Shown: piece after piece, positions 1 to 9,274 of the stretch
Numbering within the stretch: position 1 is the stretch's first letter
How the letters are laid out: every line of letters begins with the position of its first letter
Virus record (IMG/VR): IMGVR_UViG_3300032295_001370
Coordinates: 1-33,687 of that record
Source: a virus
Taxonomy: Duplodnaviria > Caudoviricetes
DNA: 33,687 nt
Reading direction: 5' to 3' (one strand)
The notes under the pieces: generated by a model
Database searches by the model: none
Told to the model about the DNA's origin: nothing
What the model saw: only the letters and a program-made list of their open reading frames with translations
Made by a program: the position numbers and the translations under genes

Positions 1-3000
1 GATTTTCGAGTAAAACAAGGTATTGTAGTTGGAGGTGATGCATTCATCTCCAACTCTATCACATCTGTAAACTCAATAAGTTTTGTAGATACTCAAGAGT
101 TTGAACCTGGTCGAGGTTCTTTAGCTTGGTCTAATACTGAAGGAGCCTTAGCACTAGGACTAACAGACACTCTTCATACTCACTTAAATCAAGATAGTTT
201 ATATTATGTAATAAATCAAAGTGGATTCACTATTCCTGCTAATACTGTGGTTATGGCTAACGGTACTGTAGGTAATAGTGGATCCATTTTAGTTTCTCCA
301 GCTATTGGAAATGGGACATTTCCTTCTGACTACGTCATGGGTATAGCTACTCATAATATTGCTAATGGTGATGAAGGATATGTAACTGCATTTGGTAAGG
401 TTCGCGGCATTAATACGTCTATGTTTAGTGAGGGTGATATACTTTATCTAAATCCAGCCGTACCTGGAACTATGATGAACACAGCTCCTGTAGCTCCTAA
501 CAATAAAGTTACTGTAGCTATTGTAGTTACTAAAGGTGTAAATAATGGTGAACTATTTGTTCGTCCTAGCTATGCTGATAAATTAAGTCAGTTACAAGAT
601 GTAGCCATATTAGATGGTATTAGCAATGGTCAAAGCTTACTTTGGGTAGCAGCTAACTCTCGTTTTGAAAATAAAAATGTAACTTCTACTAGCTTTTCAA
701 CTATTGCTGTAAGCGGTCAAAGCAACGTTGTTGCAGATTCTAGCAGCGATACTCTAACTTTTGCTGCAGGCAGTGGTATACAAATTTCTACAGATCCTAG
801 CACTGATACAGTTACTATTACTAATACTGGTGGTAGTGGTGGTAGTGGCGGTTTAATTGCTGGTGATTATGTAGTGCGTGCTAATAAAAATGGATCATCT
901 CAAACTGTTACCTCAGGTGCTGATGCAGTTGTTACCTTAGTAGATGATTTTGATCCACAAAATTGGTTTGCCTCAAATAAATTCCAACCTACTGTTGCTG
1001 GATACTATAGTCTCACTGCTCAAGTTTGGTGGGATGCCGGTGCTGTAACTAATAACCAAACCAACGTACAGATTAGAAAAAATGGAAATATTCAGTTAGC
1101 TATTAATCAAGACCAGATTATGACTGGTTCAGGATATGCGCAGGCACTATCTACTATAGCATATTTTAATGGTAGCACAGATTATGTAGAAGTAACTGCC
1201 TTTACTGGAAATACCACATCCCAAAATATTAATGGAGCAGCAGGTGGAACATATTTTACTGCTGCACTATATGCTTATGGTGATGCGTCTAATGCTTGGG
1301 TAAATGCTAATACTTATAATACGCTGTTAACCGCTCGCGCTAATGACTATAACAGTTTCACAACACTAACTGCTAATACTTATAATACACTATTAGCTGC
1401 ACAAGCGAACGATTTTAATAGCTTTACTACTTTAACAGCTAACACATACAATACTCTGTTAGCAGCTCAAAGCAATGATGGAGTTACTTTAGCGTCGGCA
1501 CGCGCTAATGATTTCAATAGTTATACTACTCTTACAGCCAATGATTATAATAGTTATACTACATTAACAGCAAACACCTATAACACGCTGTTAGCAGCTC
1601 AAGCAAACGATGTTGCTACTCTAAACAGTGCACGTGCTAACGACTTCTCTACTTTTACAACTCTTACAGCTAATACATATAATAGTTACCTTACTTTAAC
1701 GGCTAATGATGGGGCTACGCTATTAAGCGCTCTTTCTAATGACGGCGCTACCTTAGATTCAGCGCGTGCAAACGATTACAACAGTTTTACAACCTTAACA
1801 GCTAATACATATAATACTCTACTGGATACGCGTGCAAACGACTACAATAGTTTTACAACTCTAACCGCAAACATCTACAATACGTTTGCTTATCTGAATG
1901 CTAATGTAGGCGGAGGTGGAGATGCGTCTAACGCTTGGGTTAATGCTAATGACTATAATAGTTACACAACGCTAACAGCTAATATTTATGATACTTATAC
2001 TAGCTTATTTGCAAATCTGGGTGTAGGCGGTGGAAATGTTACTAATACAGTTTCTATCACTCCAATTTTTAGTGGTGCTTTAAGAACCACCAATGCCACT
2101 CAAACTTTAGGGGCTGCTTCTTGGACTACTCTCACAGGTTATGATAATGTTATTTATGATACTAATAGCTTTACTTCAGTTGCAGATAGGTTTACTATAC
2201 CGGCAGGCGTAACTAAAGTAAAACTTGCAGGATCTGTTGCTGGTACTAGCGCCATAGGACAACTTATTACTCGTATTCTAAAAAATGCGAATACTGCTAT
2301 AAGTTACACAACTGAAGTAGATATTGAATCCACTGGGGCCGATAATGGTGTAGCGATAACACCTGTTGTATCTGTAGTAGAAGGTGACTATTTCGTAATA
2401 CAAGCATTCTCTGATAATTCCAGAACTGTTTCTGTAGATTTAGTTTCTTGGTTTAGCCTAGAAGTAGTAGAAGGATCTGTATTAACTGCTACCGCTAACT
2501 TGACTATCTCATCTGCTGGAAATGCTTGGGTAAATGCAAACGATTTTAGTACTTATAGTACTTTAACAGCTAATAGCTATAACACGCTGTTAGCTGCGTA
2601 TTCTAATGACTTGGCCACTCTAAATTCAGCACGTGCTAATGACTTTAATAGTTTTACAACTGTAACAGCTAATACTTATAATACGCTATTAGCTGCTCAG
2701 GCTAATGACTTTACCACTTTTAGCACTCTTTCGGCTAATGACGGCGTCACACTAGCAACTGCTCGAGGCAATGATCACTCAACTCTACTCAGCGCTCAAG
2801 CTAATGACTACGCTACGCTTTTAACAGCGCAGGCTAACGACTTTAATTCTTATACAACTTTAACAGCTAACGACTATAACAGCTTTACCACTCTAACTGC
2901 TAATATATACAATACATTCGCGTATCTGAATGCAAATGTAGGCGGTGGTGGCGGAGATGTAGCTAATGCTTGGGTTAATGCTAATGACTATAGCACTTTC

Positions 3001-3330
3001 ACCACACTTACAGCTAATATATACAATACATTTGCATACTTAAATGCTAATGTAGGCGGTGAAGTATCACAATACTCTCAAAAATTTACAGTAACCGGTA
3101 GTACAAATACTTTCACCCTATCTAACTCCGTTAGTAGCGAAGAATCTATATTAGTTTACATAGACGGTATCGTACAACATAACGACGCATACGTAGTAAG
3201 CGGCACAACTCTTACTATTGCAAACACTCTACCTCTTCCAACTTCAACTCTTGGAATTCGTAGACTATCTGGAACTAGTGGAAGCTCAACTGGCGGGTTA
3301 AGCTATCTAAGAACATACGCATTAGGATAA
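1..3330 (+). CDS. Large fibre/stalk structural protein, 5'-partial; two C1q/TNF-like domains, 11-aa repeat stalks, C-terminal beta-rich module
   Basis: The frame is open from base 1 (DFRVKQGIVVGGD...), so the GTG at 247 is not the true start. C1q-like segments FQPTVAGYYSLTAQV...IRKNG...YFNGSTDYVEV and RFTIPAG...VVEGDYF; 11-aa AND/ANT repeats; ends TYALG-stop. Confidence 0.7.
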   Translation, partial: DFRVKQGIVVGGDAFISNSITSVNSISFVDTQEFEPGRGSLAWSNTEGALALGLTDTLHTHLNQDSLYYVINQSGFTIPANTVVMANGTVGNSGSILVSPAIGNGTFPSDYVMGIATHNIANGDEGYVTAFGKVRGINTSMFSEGDILYLNPAVPGTMMNTAPVAPNNKVTVAIVVTKGVNNGELFVRPSYADKLSQLQDVAILDGISNGQSLLWVAANSRFENKNVTSTSFSTIAVSGQSNVVADSSSDTLTFAAGSGIQISTDPSTDTVTITNTGGSGGSGGLIAGDYVVRANKNGSSQTVTSGADAVVTLVDDFDPQNWFASNKFQPTVAGYYSLTAQVWWDAGAVTNNQTNVQIRKNGNIQLAINQDQIMTGSGYAQALSTIAYFNGSTDYVEVTAFTGNTTSQNINGAAGGTYFTAALYAYGDASNAWVNANTYNTLLTARANDYNSFTTLTANTYNTLLAAQANDFNSFTTLTANTYNTLLAAQSNDGVTLASARANDFNSYTTLTANDYNSYTTLTANTYNTLLAAQANDVATLNSARANDFSTFTTLTANTYNSYLTLTANDGATLLSALSNDGATLDSARANDYNSFTTLTANTYNTLLDTRANDYNSFTTLTANIYNTFAYLNANVGGGGDASNAWVNANDYNSYTTLTANIYDTYTSLFANLGVGGGNVTNTVSITPIFSGALRTTNATQTLGAASWTTLTGYDNVIYDTNSFTSVADRFTIPAGVTKVKLAGSVAGTSAIGQLITRILKNANTAISYTTEVDIESTGADNGVAITPVVSVVEGDYFVIQAFSDNSRTVSVDLVSWFSLEVVEGSVLTATANLTISSAGNAWVNANDFSTYSTLTANSYNTLLAAYSNDLATLNSARANDFNSFTTVTANTYNTLLAAQANDFTTFSTLSANDGVTLATARGNDHSTLLSAQANDYATLLTAQANDFNSYTTLTANDYNSFTTLTANIYNTFAYLNANVGGGGGDVANAWVNANDYSTFTTLTANIYNTFAYLNANVGGEVSQYSQKFTVTGSTNTFTLSNSVSSEESILVYIDGIVQHNDAYVVSGTTLTIANTLPLPTSTLGIRRLSGTSGSSTGGLSYLRTYALG
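1306..2016 (+). repeat. Coding 33-nt (11-aa) tandem repeat block, about 20 units
   Basis: Units such as ANDYNSFTTLT, ANTYNTLLAAQ and SNDGVTLASAR read directly from the translation. Confidence 0.9.
2536..3051 (+). repeat. Second 11-aa repeat block, about 14 units
   Basis: ANDFSTYSTLT ... ANIYNTFAYLN units, with a GGGGGDVANAWVN hinge. Confidence 0.9.
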
Positions 3331-3334
3331 TATC

Positions 3335-3670
3335 ATGGCAGAAGCATTAAAAAACGCAAGAGCAAATTTAACAAATCAATTTCAGACAATATATACTTGC
3401 CCTACTGCAACTTCGGCAATGGTAGTATCTCTACTTTTTGCTAATATTGAAGGTAGCAATAATTATTCTATCACATCTCAATGGCGTGACTCTTCAGCTT
3501 CAAACGTGCCTACATTGATTGCTTCAACTATTCAAGTACCTGCAGACTCAACACTCACTGCGCTAACTAAAAGCGCGCCTTTAGCTCTAGAAGCTGGAGA
3601 TACTCTAGAAGTATTAGCTGCCGCTAATGGAGTTGTACACGCTACAGCCGTTATTGTGGAGATTAGTTAA
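3335..3670 (+). CDS. Small beta-rich virion adaptor-like protein (111 aa), paralogue of 5868..6227
   Basis: AGGA SD at 3324-3327. Shares SL.(F)A.N, IA..(I/V).(V/I)P..(S/A)TL and L.L..GD.L motifs with 5868..6227. Confidence 0.6.
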   Translation: MAEALKNARANLTNQFQTIYTCPTATSAMVVSLLFANIEGSNNYSITSQWRDSSASNVPTLIASTIQVPADSTLTALTKSAPLALEAGDTLEVLAAANGVVHATAVIVEIS

Positions 3671-4665
3671 TGCAAAATGGTGGAGTAATTGGTAACCTTG
3701 TAACAACTAATAATATTGTAGCTAGTGGTGTGTGGACTATTAGAGAGGCTGAGTTAAAAACCAGAGAAGCAGCATGGCCAGGAATACTCGCGTCCCAGAT
3801 AGTATATAGCACTCCAGGCTCTTATACCTTTATAGTTCCTGCAGAGATAACTGCTATCTCCGTAGTGACTGTTGGCGGTGGTGGAGCTGGTGACGATGGT
3901 CAGAGCGGTGATGGCGGCGGTGGCGGCGGTGGTGGTGGTGCGTTGGCATATGCCAGCAATATACCTGTAACTCCTTTCTCCTCTATTTCAGTTGTAGTAG
4001 GAGCTGGCGGTAGCAATGGTAACGGTAAAGGTACTCGTGCGCAATCTGGCGCAAATAGCACTGTAACTATAGGTTCGTTTGTGATTAGCGCCGGTGGCGG
4101 ACAAGGAGGAGCTGCTTATAGCGCTATCCCTGGAAGCACTGGTGGATCATTTAGTTTTAGTAGCACACCAGTAGGAGTTACTACTGGTGGTGGAGCTGGT
4201 GGTAACGGCGGATCAGCATTTGATGGCGGCGCCGGTGGTGGCGGTGCTGGCGGATATAATGGAGCTGGAGGGAATGGATCTACTGCGCAAATTAATTATG
4301 GATTATATCAAAGTGGTCAAAATGGAGTAGGAACTGGAAGTGGCGGAGGCGGTGGAGCTGCTTACACAGCTGGAACTGGCAATGGCGGTGGCAATGGTGG
4401 AACAGGCCAAACTAATGTTACTGGAGGTGGTGGTGGCGGAGCTAATATTTATAGTAGCACTGCTACAGTAACTAATGGGTCAGCAGGAAATAATCAACAA
4501 CAAGCACCGTCTATAGGAGGCGCCGGAGGCTTTCCCGGAGGCGGCGGCGGAGGTTCTTTTGACAATAATACTGGATCAGCTTCAGCAGGTGGAAACGGTG
4601 CAGTTCGTATTATTTGGCCCGGCAATCCAAGACAATTCCCAAGCACTAGGGTGACAGACGAATGA
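3670..4665 (+). CDS. Glycine-rich fibre tip/adhesin-like protein (331 aa)
   Basis: N-terminal NGGVIG...ASGVW anchor; PGSYTFIVP...VGGGGAG...GGNGAVRIIW architecture typical of phage glycine-rich domain proteins; TAATG coupling to the upstream gene. Confidence 0.7.
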   Translation: MQNGGVIGNLVTTNNIVASGVWTIREAELKTREAAWPGILASQIVYSTPGSYTFIVPAEITAISVVTVGGGGAGDDGQSGDGGGGGGGGGALAYASNIPVTPFSSISVVVGAGGSNGNGKGTRAQSGANSTVTIGSFVISAGGGQGGAAYSAIPGSTGGSFSFSSTPVGVTTGGGAGGNGGSAFDGGAGGGGAGGYNGAGGNGSTAQINYGLYQSGQNGVGTGSGGGGGAAYTAGTGNGGGNGGTGQTNVTGGGGGGANIYSSTATVTNGSAGNNQQQAPSIGGAGGFPGGGGGGSFDNNTGSASAGGNGAVRIIWPGNPRQFPSTRVTDE

Positions 4666-5060
4666 ATAGTTATAAAATACAAATAGATGATAGTCGTAAT
4701 ACAGTTAATAACCCAATTTCATTGGAAAACTTGCTAATGATTTATAAAAAGTCTATACCTGATAACTATATTGATTTTGTAGACAGCACACTTCCAACCA
4801 CAGGAGTATACGAAGTTATTGATGGTTATAATTACGTAGATGAAGGAACTCATTTTAGCAAGCAATATATCGTTAGATCAATGACGAGTGCAGAAATAAC
4901 TTCTAAACAAGATGAAGTTAAAGCTTCATGGGCTGCAGTAGGTTATCCTTCTTGGACTTTTAATGAATTTAAATGCTGCTTTGAGCCACCAGTAGTAAAC
5001 CCTTCAAGCCTTAGCTATAGCTGGGATGAAGAGTCTAAACAATGGATGATAGTTGAATGA
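4662..5060 (+). CDS. Small protein, probable fibre assembly chaperone (132 aa)
   Basis: ATGA overlap with the tip gene; C-terminal YPSW.F.E..C..EPP...Y.WDE...W motif; same position in the cassette as 8637..9050. Confidence 0.5.
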   Translation: MNSYKIQIDDSRNTVNNPISLENLLMIYKKSIPDNYIDFVDSTLPTTGVYEVIDGYNYVDEGTHFSKQYIVRSMTSAEITSKQDEVKASWAAVGYPSWTFNEFKCCFEPPVVNPSSLSYSWDEESKQWMIVE

Positions 5061-5866
5061 CAATATATAAAATAAATCCAGACCTACTTAAACCAGAAGG
5101 CGCTAGCGGTGGCGATGTAATTACTTATGTAAGTGCTAACTCTAGAGTTGAATGGGCTGCTCCTAGCGGTGGTGGAGGCGGGGATGTAGCTAACGCTTGG
5201 GTAAATGCTAATGACTGGGCAACCCTATTAACTGCACGCAGCAATGATTTCAACTCCTACACCACACTAACTGCAAACGATTATAACAGCTTTACCACGT
5301 TAACAGCTAACATATATAATACTTTTGCATATCTAAACGCTAATGTAGGTGGCGGTGGCGGTGATGTAGCTAACGCCTGGGTAAATGCTAACGATTACAC
5401 CACTTTTACAACACTAACAGCTAATATTTATAACACCTTTGCGTATCTAAACGCTAATTCAGGTGGAGGTGGCGGTACGCTAGCTAACTTAGTTAGCGAC
5501 CAATATATAGTTTCAAGCTCTAACACATTCACACTAACTCAAACTGTTATAGATGCTAATAATATTATTGTATCTGTAGATGGTGTTATTCAAAATCCTA
5601 ATGATGATTATAAAGTTGTAGGCACTACGCTATCACTAAATAACACTATTCCTATACCGGCAGGTATCAGTGTAGAAGTTAGGCATTTAGGTTCAGGACT
5701 TGGCGGTGGTGGTGATGCATCTAATACATGGTTGAACGCTAACGATTACAACTCATATACAACTTTAGTTGGTTTAATAAACACAGTACAAAATAACGTC
5801 GCTTCCGGTGGTGGCGGAGTAACAACAGGTAAGGCCGTTGCTATGGCTATTATTTTCGGAGGATAA
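5057..5866 (+). CDS. Short stalk/arm structural protein with 11-aa repeats (269 aa)
   Basis: Shares the DVANAWVNANDY..TTLTANIYNTFAYLNAN cassettes and the NTFTL...IVSVDGVIQ module with ORF 1..3330; ends GVTTGKAVAMAIIFGG. Confidence 0.7.
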   Translation: MTIYKINPDLLKPEGASGGDVITYVSANSRVEWAAPSGGGGGDVANAWVNANDWATLLTARSNDFNSYTTLTANDYNSFTTLTANIYNTFAYLNANVGGGGGDVANAWVNANDYTTFTTLTANIYNTFAYLNANSGGGGGTLANLVSDQYIVSSSNTFTLTQTVIDANNIIVSVDGVIQNPNDDYKVVGTTLSLNNTIPIPAGISVEVRHLGSGLGGGGDASNTWLNANDYNSYTTLVGLINTVQNNVASGGGGVTTGKAVAMAIIFGG

Positions 5867-5867
5867 A

Positions 5868-6227
5868 ATGGCAAACCCAAATATAGTAAACGTAACTAGT
5901 CTCTATGGCAACACAGCTGTTCTAGCTGCTACCACTGCAAATGCTAACGTAGTTCAAAATTCTGGCGGTAGCAACCAAGTATATAAAATTAACTCGCTAT
6001 TTGCGTCTAACTTAAATCCAGCTTCGGATATGAATTTAACTGTTGATTTAGTTAGAAGCGGTGTAAACTATTCAATTGCCAGAAACGTTACAATTCCTTT
6101 TAGTGCTACTCTAGTAGTAATTGCTAAAGACTCGTCACTATATTTAGTAGAAGGTGATGCGCTAAGCTGTACAGCTTCTTCTAACGCTAATGTGCAGGTT
6201 ATATGCTCTTATGAGGTGATCGCATGA
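5868..6227 (+). CDS. Small adaptor-like virion protein (119 aa, MANPNIVNVTSLYG...)
   Basis: Start moved from 5838 to ATG 5868, which has a GGAGG SD at 5858-5862; paralogous to 3335..3670. Confidence 0.65.
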   Translation: MANPNIVNVTSLYGNTAVLAATTANANVVQNSGGSNQVYKINSLFASNLNPASDMNLTVDLVRSGVNYSIARNVTIPFSATLVVIAKDSSLYLVEGDALSCTASSNANVQVICSYEVIA

Positions 6228-8632
6228 GACTAAACGGTGGTATTATTGGAAAAAGCAATGAACCTACAAATAGAGTAGCTTCTGGTATTTGGAGTTCAGA
6301 AGAGCAACGCGTATCTCAGCTGTACGGTAAATTCCCTAGATATTATGAAGGCTGGGATTTAACCTACCTAGTTAATACTACTCCTAGACTTCTTAGTACT
6401 ACTTCTATGAGCGGTATAGGAGCTTCTGGTGGTATGGATTTTAAGCCAGATGGCACTGTATTATATGTATTAGATACTGGATCAGGAAGCGAATTATCTC
6501 AATACTCACTTAGTACTCCTTGGGACCCTGCAACAGCTAGCTTAAGCGGCTCATTAGGTAGTATTGTAGTACAACAAGGAGTTGCATTTAGGGCTGATGG
6601 TCTTGCTTTTTTTGTTGGAGGATCTTCTAGCCCGCCAGTACGTCAATACTCTATGTCAAGTCCATGGACCGTTTCTACAGGAGTATTAGGTAAAGTTATA
6701 TCAGTAGCTCAAAATTTTGGAATTACATTTAGCACTGATGGAATGTTTCTATATACTATGGATGTTAACAGTATTCTTAGGCAATATAGTTTAACCTCTC
6801 CTTTTGATGTCAGTACTGCTACCTCTCTAAGAACTTTTAGTATGGCAAGTACGGATAATGCCATGAGAGGTATATTTTTTAAACCTGATGGGCTATCCTT
6901 CTATACTGCTGGAGACCAGTTTGATCAAGTTCGTCAATATAATCTAAGCACTGCGTGGAATATTAGTACTGCTTCATTATTTGGTGGGTCATCCCTTGCT
7001 GCTGCCCCAACCAGTATTTTTTTTAGAGACGATGGCACTCGTATGTACGTATCCACTGGTAGTGCTATAGTTCAGTATAATTTAAGTACTGCTTGGAATG
7101 TGACCACTGCTGCATCTAGTGCTTCAGCGACTATACCTGCTAACCCGTCTGCAACACCTAACCCTGGCGAGACCTCGGTGACTTCTTTTGTTTTTAAACC
7201 AGATGGAACTCGCATATTTGTAACAGGACTTACAACTGATAGAATACAAGAAATTAGTATGGTTACTCCTTGGCAAATAGGCACTTTTACCCATGTATCT
7301 AGTTCAGCTATAATTGATACTGTTCCTAAAGGTATATTTATTAACCCAGATGGATTGCGTTTATACTATGTGGCAGATAGCGTAAACAGGCTTTTTGAGA
7401 ATGCCTTAGCTCCGGCTTATAGTCTAAGTGGTTTTTCTAGTGGAGGGATTAATATTAACTCCTCTATTTTAGATATAGCTTTTAGTCCTGATAATACTAA
7501 ATTTTATGCTTTATACGCTAATTTTGTTGCACAATACGACCTAGCTCAGGCAGGAGATTTAGCTTCGTACCCTATTACTACTTTAGGTACTGGAGGTAAT
7601 GCAGCTTTCGGTTTTAGCGCTCAATTAACTAATGCTAATGGACTGGCTTTTAGTTCAGATGGGTTGTGTATGTATGTGAGTAATAGCTCAAGAGTATTTA
7701 AATATAATCTTTTATATCCATGGGCTATTAGCAGTGCTAGCTTTGCATACAGCTATTTGGCTCCTACTACTTCAACCATAGTGGGAGACGTTGCACTTAA
7801 ATCTGATAATAGTGAATTGTATCTACAAACAGGAACTGAAGTACTTAGATTTTCACTTCCTGTAGCTAAAGAACTACGTTCTCCAGGTGATGAAGGTGGA
7901 TTTCTTAGTGTGAATGCTCAAGAAGTCTCCCCTACAGGTATTACTTTTAGCCCTGATGGAACTAATATGTATATCGTAGGAAATAACGGGCAAGAAGTAA
8001 ATCAATTTAGCTTAAGCACTGCTTGGAATGTTACCACCGCTAGTTTTGTTCGCTTATTTTCTGTAAGCGCTCAAGATTCTGTACCTACGGATGTAAAATT
8101 TAAACCAGACGGTAGTGTAATGTACGTATTAGGTAGTAGCGGTGATGATGTAAACCAATATTCTCTGAGTACTCCCTGGGACATATCAACCGCTAGTTTT
8201 GTTCAACTATTTTTAGTGTCCGGTCAAGAGACAGTACCTAGTGGTTTAGAGTTTAAACCAGACGGAACCAAAATGTATATTGTTGGATCTACCGGTGATG
8301 ACGTTAATGAATATAATCTAAGCACTGCTTGGGATATATCAACAGCTAGTTTTGTTCAGATATTTTCTGTAGCCGCTCAAGAGTCCGCTCCTCAGGCCAT
8401 AGCTTTTAGACCCGATGGATTAAGAATGTTTATACTTGGTGAAGTAAGCGATAGCATACATCAGTACGACTTAAGCACTCCTTGGAACATTTCTACTGCC
8501 ACGTTTTCTAAGTCTCTTACAGTAATGTATCTAGAAACTATTCCAACAGGTTTAGCTTTTAAAGCAGACGGTACTAAGCTTTATTTGGTAGGGCAAACAG
8601 CTGATACAGTATACGAATTAAGTTTAGGATGA
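6224..8632 (+). CDS. Beta-propeller-repeat fibre tip/adhesin (802 aa)
   Basis: N-terminal NGGIIG...ASGIW anchor; many ~50-aa repeats of the type P.G..F.PDG..MY..G...D.V.QY.LSTAWDISTA. Confidence 0.7.
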   Translation: MRLNGGIIGKSNEPTNRVASGIWSSEEQRVSQLYGKFPRYYEGWDLTYLVNTTPRLLSTTSMSGIGASGGMDFKPDGTVLYVLDTGSGSELSQYSLSTPWDPATASLSGSLGSIVVQQGVAFRADGLAFFVGGSSSPPVRQYSMSSPWTVSTGVLGKVISVAQNFGITFSTDGMFLYTMDVNSILRQYSLTSPFDVSTATSLRTFSMASTDNAMRGIFFKPDGLSFYTAGDQFDQVRQYNLSTAWNISTASLFGGSSLAAAPTSIFFRDDGTRMYVSTGSAIVQYNLSTAWNVTTAASSASATIPANPSATPNPGETSVTSFVFKPDGTRIFVTGLTTDRIQEISMVTPWQIGTFTHVSSSAIIDTVPKGIFINPDGLRLYYVADSVNRLFENALAPAYSLSGFSSGGININSSILDIAFSPDNTKFYALYANFVAQYDLAQAGDLASYPITTLGTGGNAAFGFSAQLTNANGLAFSSDGLCMYVSNSSRVFKYNLLYPWAISSASFAYSYLAPTTSTIVGDVALKSDNSELYLQTGTEVLRFSLPVAKELRSPGDEGGFLSVNAQEVSPTGITFSPDGTNMYIVGNNGQEVNQFSLSTAWNVTTASFVRLFSVSAQDSVPTDVKFKPDGSVMYVLGSSGDDVNQYSLSTPWDISTASFVQLFLVSGQETVPSGLEFKPDGTKMYIVGSTGDDVNEYNLSTAWDISTASFVQIFSVAAQESAPQAIAFRPDGLRMFILGEVSDSIHQYDLSTPWNISTATFSKSLTVMYLETIPTGLAFKADGTKLYLVGQTADTVYELSLG

Positions 8633-8636
8633 GATC

Positions 8637-9050
8637 ATGACATTATATTACAAACCCAACGAGACTCCGTCTCTACCTCCTTCCCGTATTATTCTAGCAA
8701 ACGGATTGAGTCGTACTAATTATAGCTATACCACAGAAGAACTGCTAGAAGCAGGATATATTGCTGCACCGCCTAAGCCTACGGCAGTTCATCCTCAACG
8801 AGTTGATTGGTCAGGCAGTTCATGGATTGTTAGAGATCCTAACGAAGGCGAAACTAATGTTCAAATCAATGCTATTAGATCTCAATGTAGAGATAGGCTA
8901 TCTGAAACAGACTATGTTGTGCTTAAAGCTCAAGAGTCTGGCGGAATTGTATCTGACGATTGGAAAGCTTATCGTCAACGCATTAGAGATATTTATAATC
9001 TCATTGACGTACAGAGTATTTGGAACGTCGAATGGCCTCAAAAGCCATAA
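8637..9050 (+). CDS. Tail fibre assembly chaperone-like protein (137 aa)
   Basis: C-terminal R...L.ETDY...W..YRQ.IRD...WP.KP motif typical of phage tail assembly chaperone (Tfa-like) domains. Confidence 0.7.
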   Translation: MTLYYKPNETPSLPPSRIILANGLSRTNYSYTTEELLEAGYIAAPPKPTAVHPQRVDWSGSSWIVRDPNEGETNVQINAIRSQCRDRLSETDYVVLKAQESGGIVSDDWKAYRQRIRDIYNLIDVQSIWNVEWPQKP

Positions 9051-9058
9051 AATAAAAA

Positions 9059-9087
9059 TTGACATTGCACGTAAAATATGGGAGAAT
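9059..9087 (+). promoter_or_regulatory. Sigma70-type promoter candidate
   Basis: TTGACA (9059-9064), 17 nt spacer, GAGAAT (9082-9087); A-rich upstream tract. Confidence 0.55.
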
Positions 9088-9093
9088 TAGAGC

Positions 9094-9264
9094 ATGGAAA
9101 TCAAAAGAATAAGCCCTCATTTAATTAAAACTAACAACGCTGTGAATGGCGACTTTCTGGTATACAACGCATCTAATGCTGCCGTAGAGTTTAAAAGCGT
9201 AGATGTGATTAGTAGCGGGGTTACTACTGCAGATGCTGCAGCCCTTGCAATTGTGCTAGGATAA
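9094..9264 (+). CDS. Unannotated 56-aa minimal paralogue of the stalk protein 5057..5866
   Basis: MEIKRISPHLIKTNNAVNGDFLVYNASNAAVEFKSVDVISSGVTTADAAALAIVLG. GGAG SD at 9081-9084; both ends align with the ends of 5057..5866; fills the intergenic gap. Confidence 0.8.
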   Translation: MEIKRISPHLIKTNNAVNGDFLVYNASNAAVEFKSVDVISSGVTTADAAALAIVLG

Positions 9265-9274
9265 AGGATAAAAA

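Noticed and set aside
247-249. GTG 247 as the start of the first ORF
   Set aside because: The frame is open and coding-like from base 1, so the gene starts upstream of the window.
3670-4665. Gly-rich protein as collagen-like or PE-PGRS
   Set aside because: No sustained Gly-X-Y triplets and no PE domain; it fits phage glycine-rich tip proteins.
2833-5790. Duplicated cassettes as a diversity-generating retroelement TR/VR pair
   Set aside because: Differences are synonymous and not adenine-specific, both copies are coding, and no reverse transcriptase is in the window.
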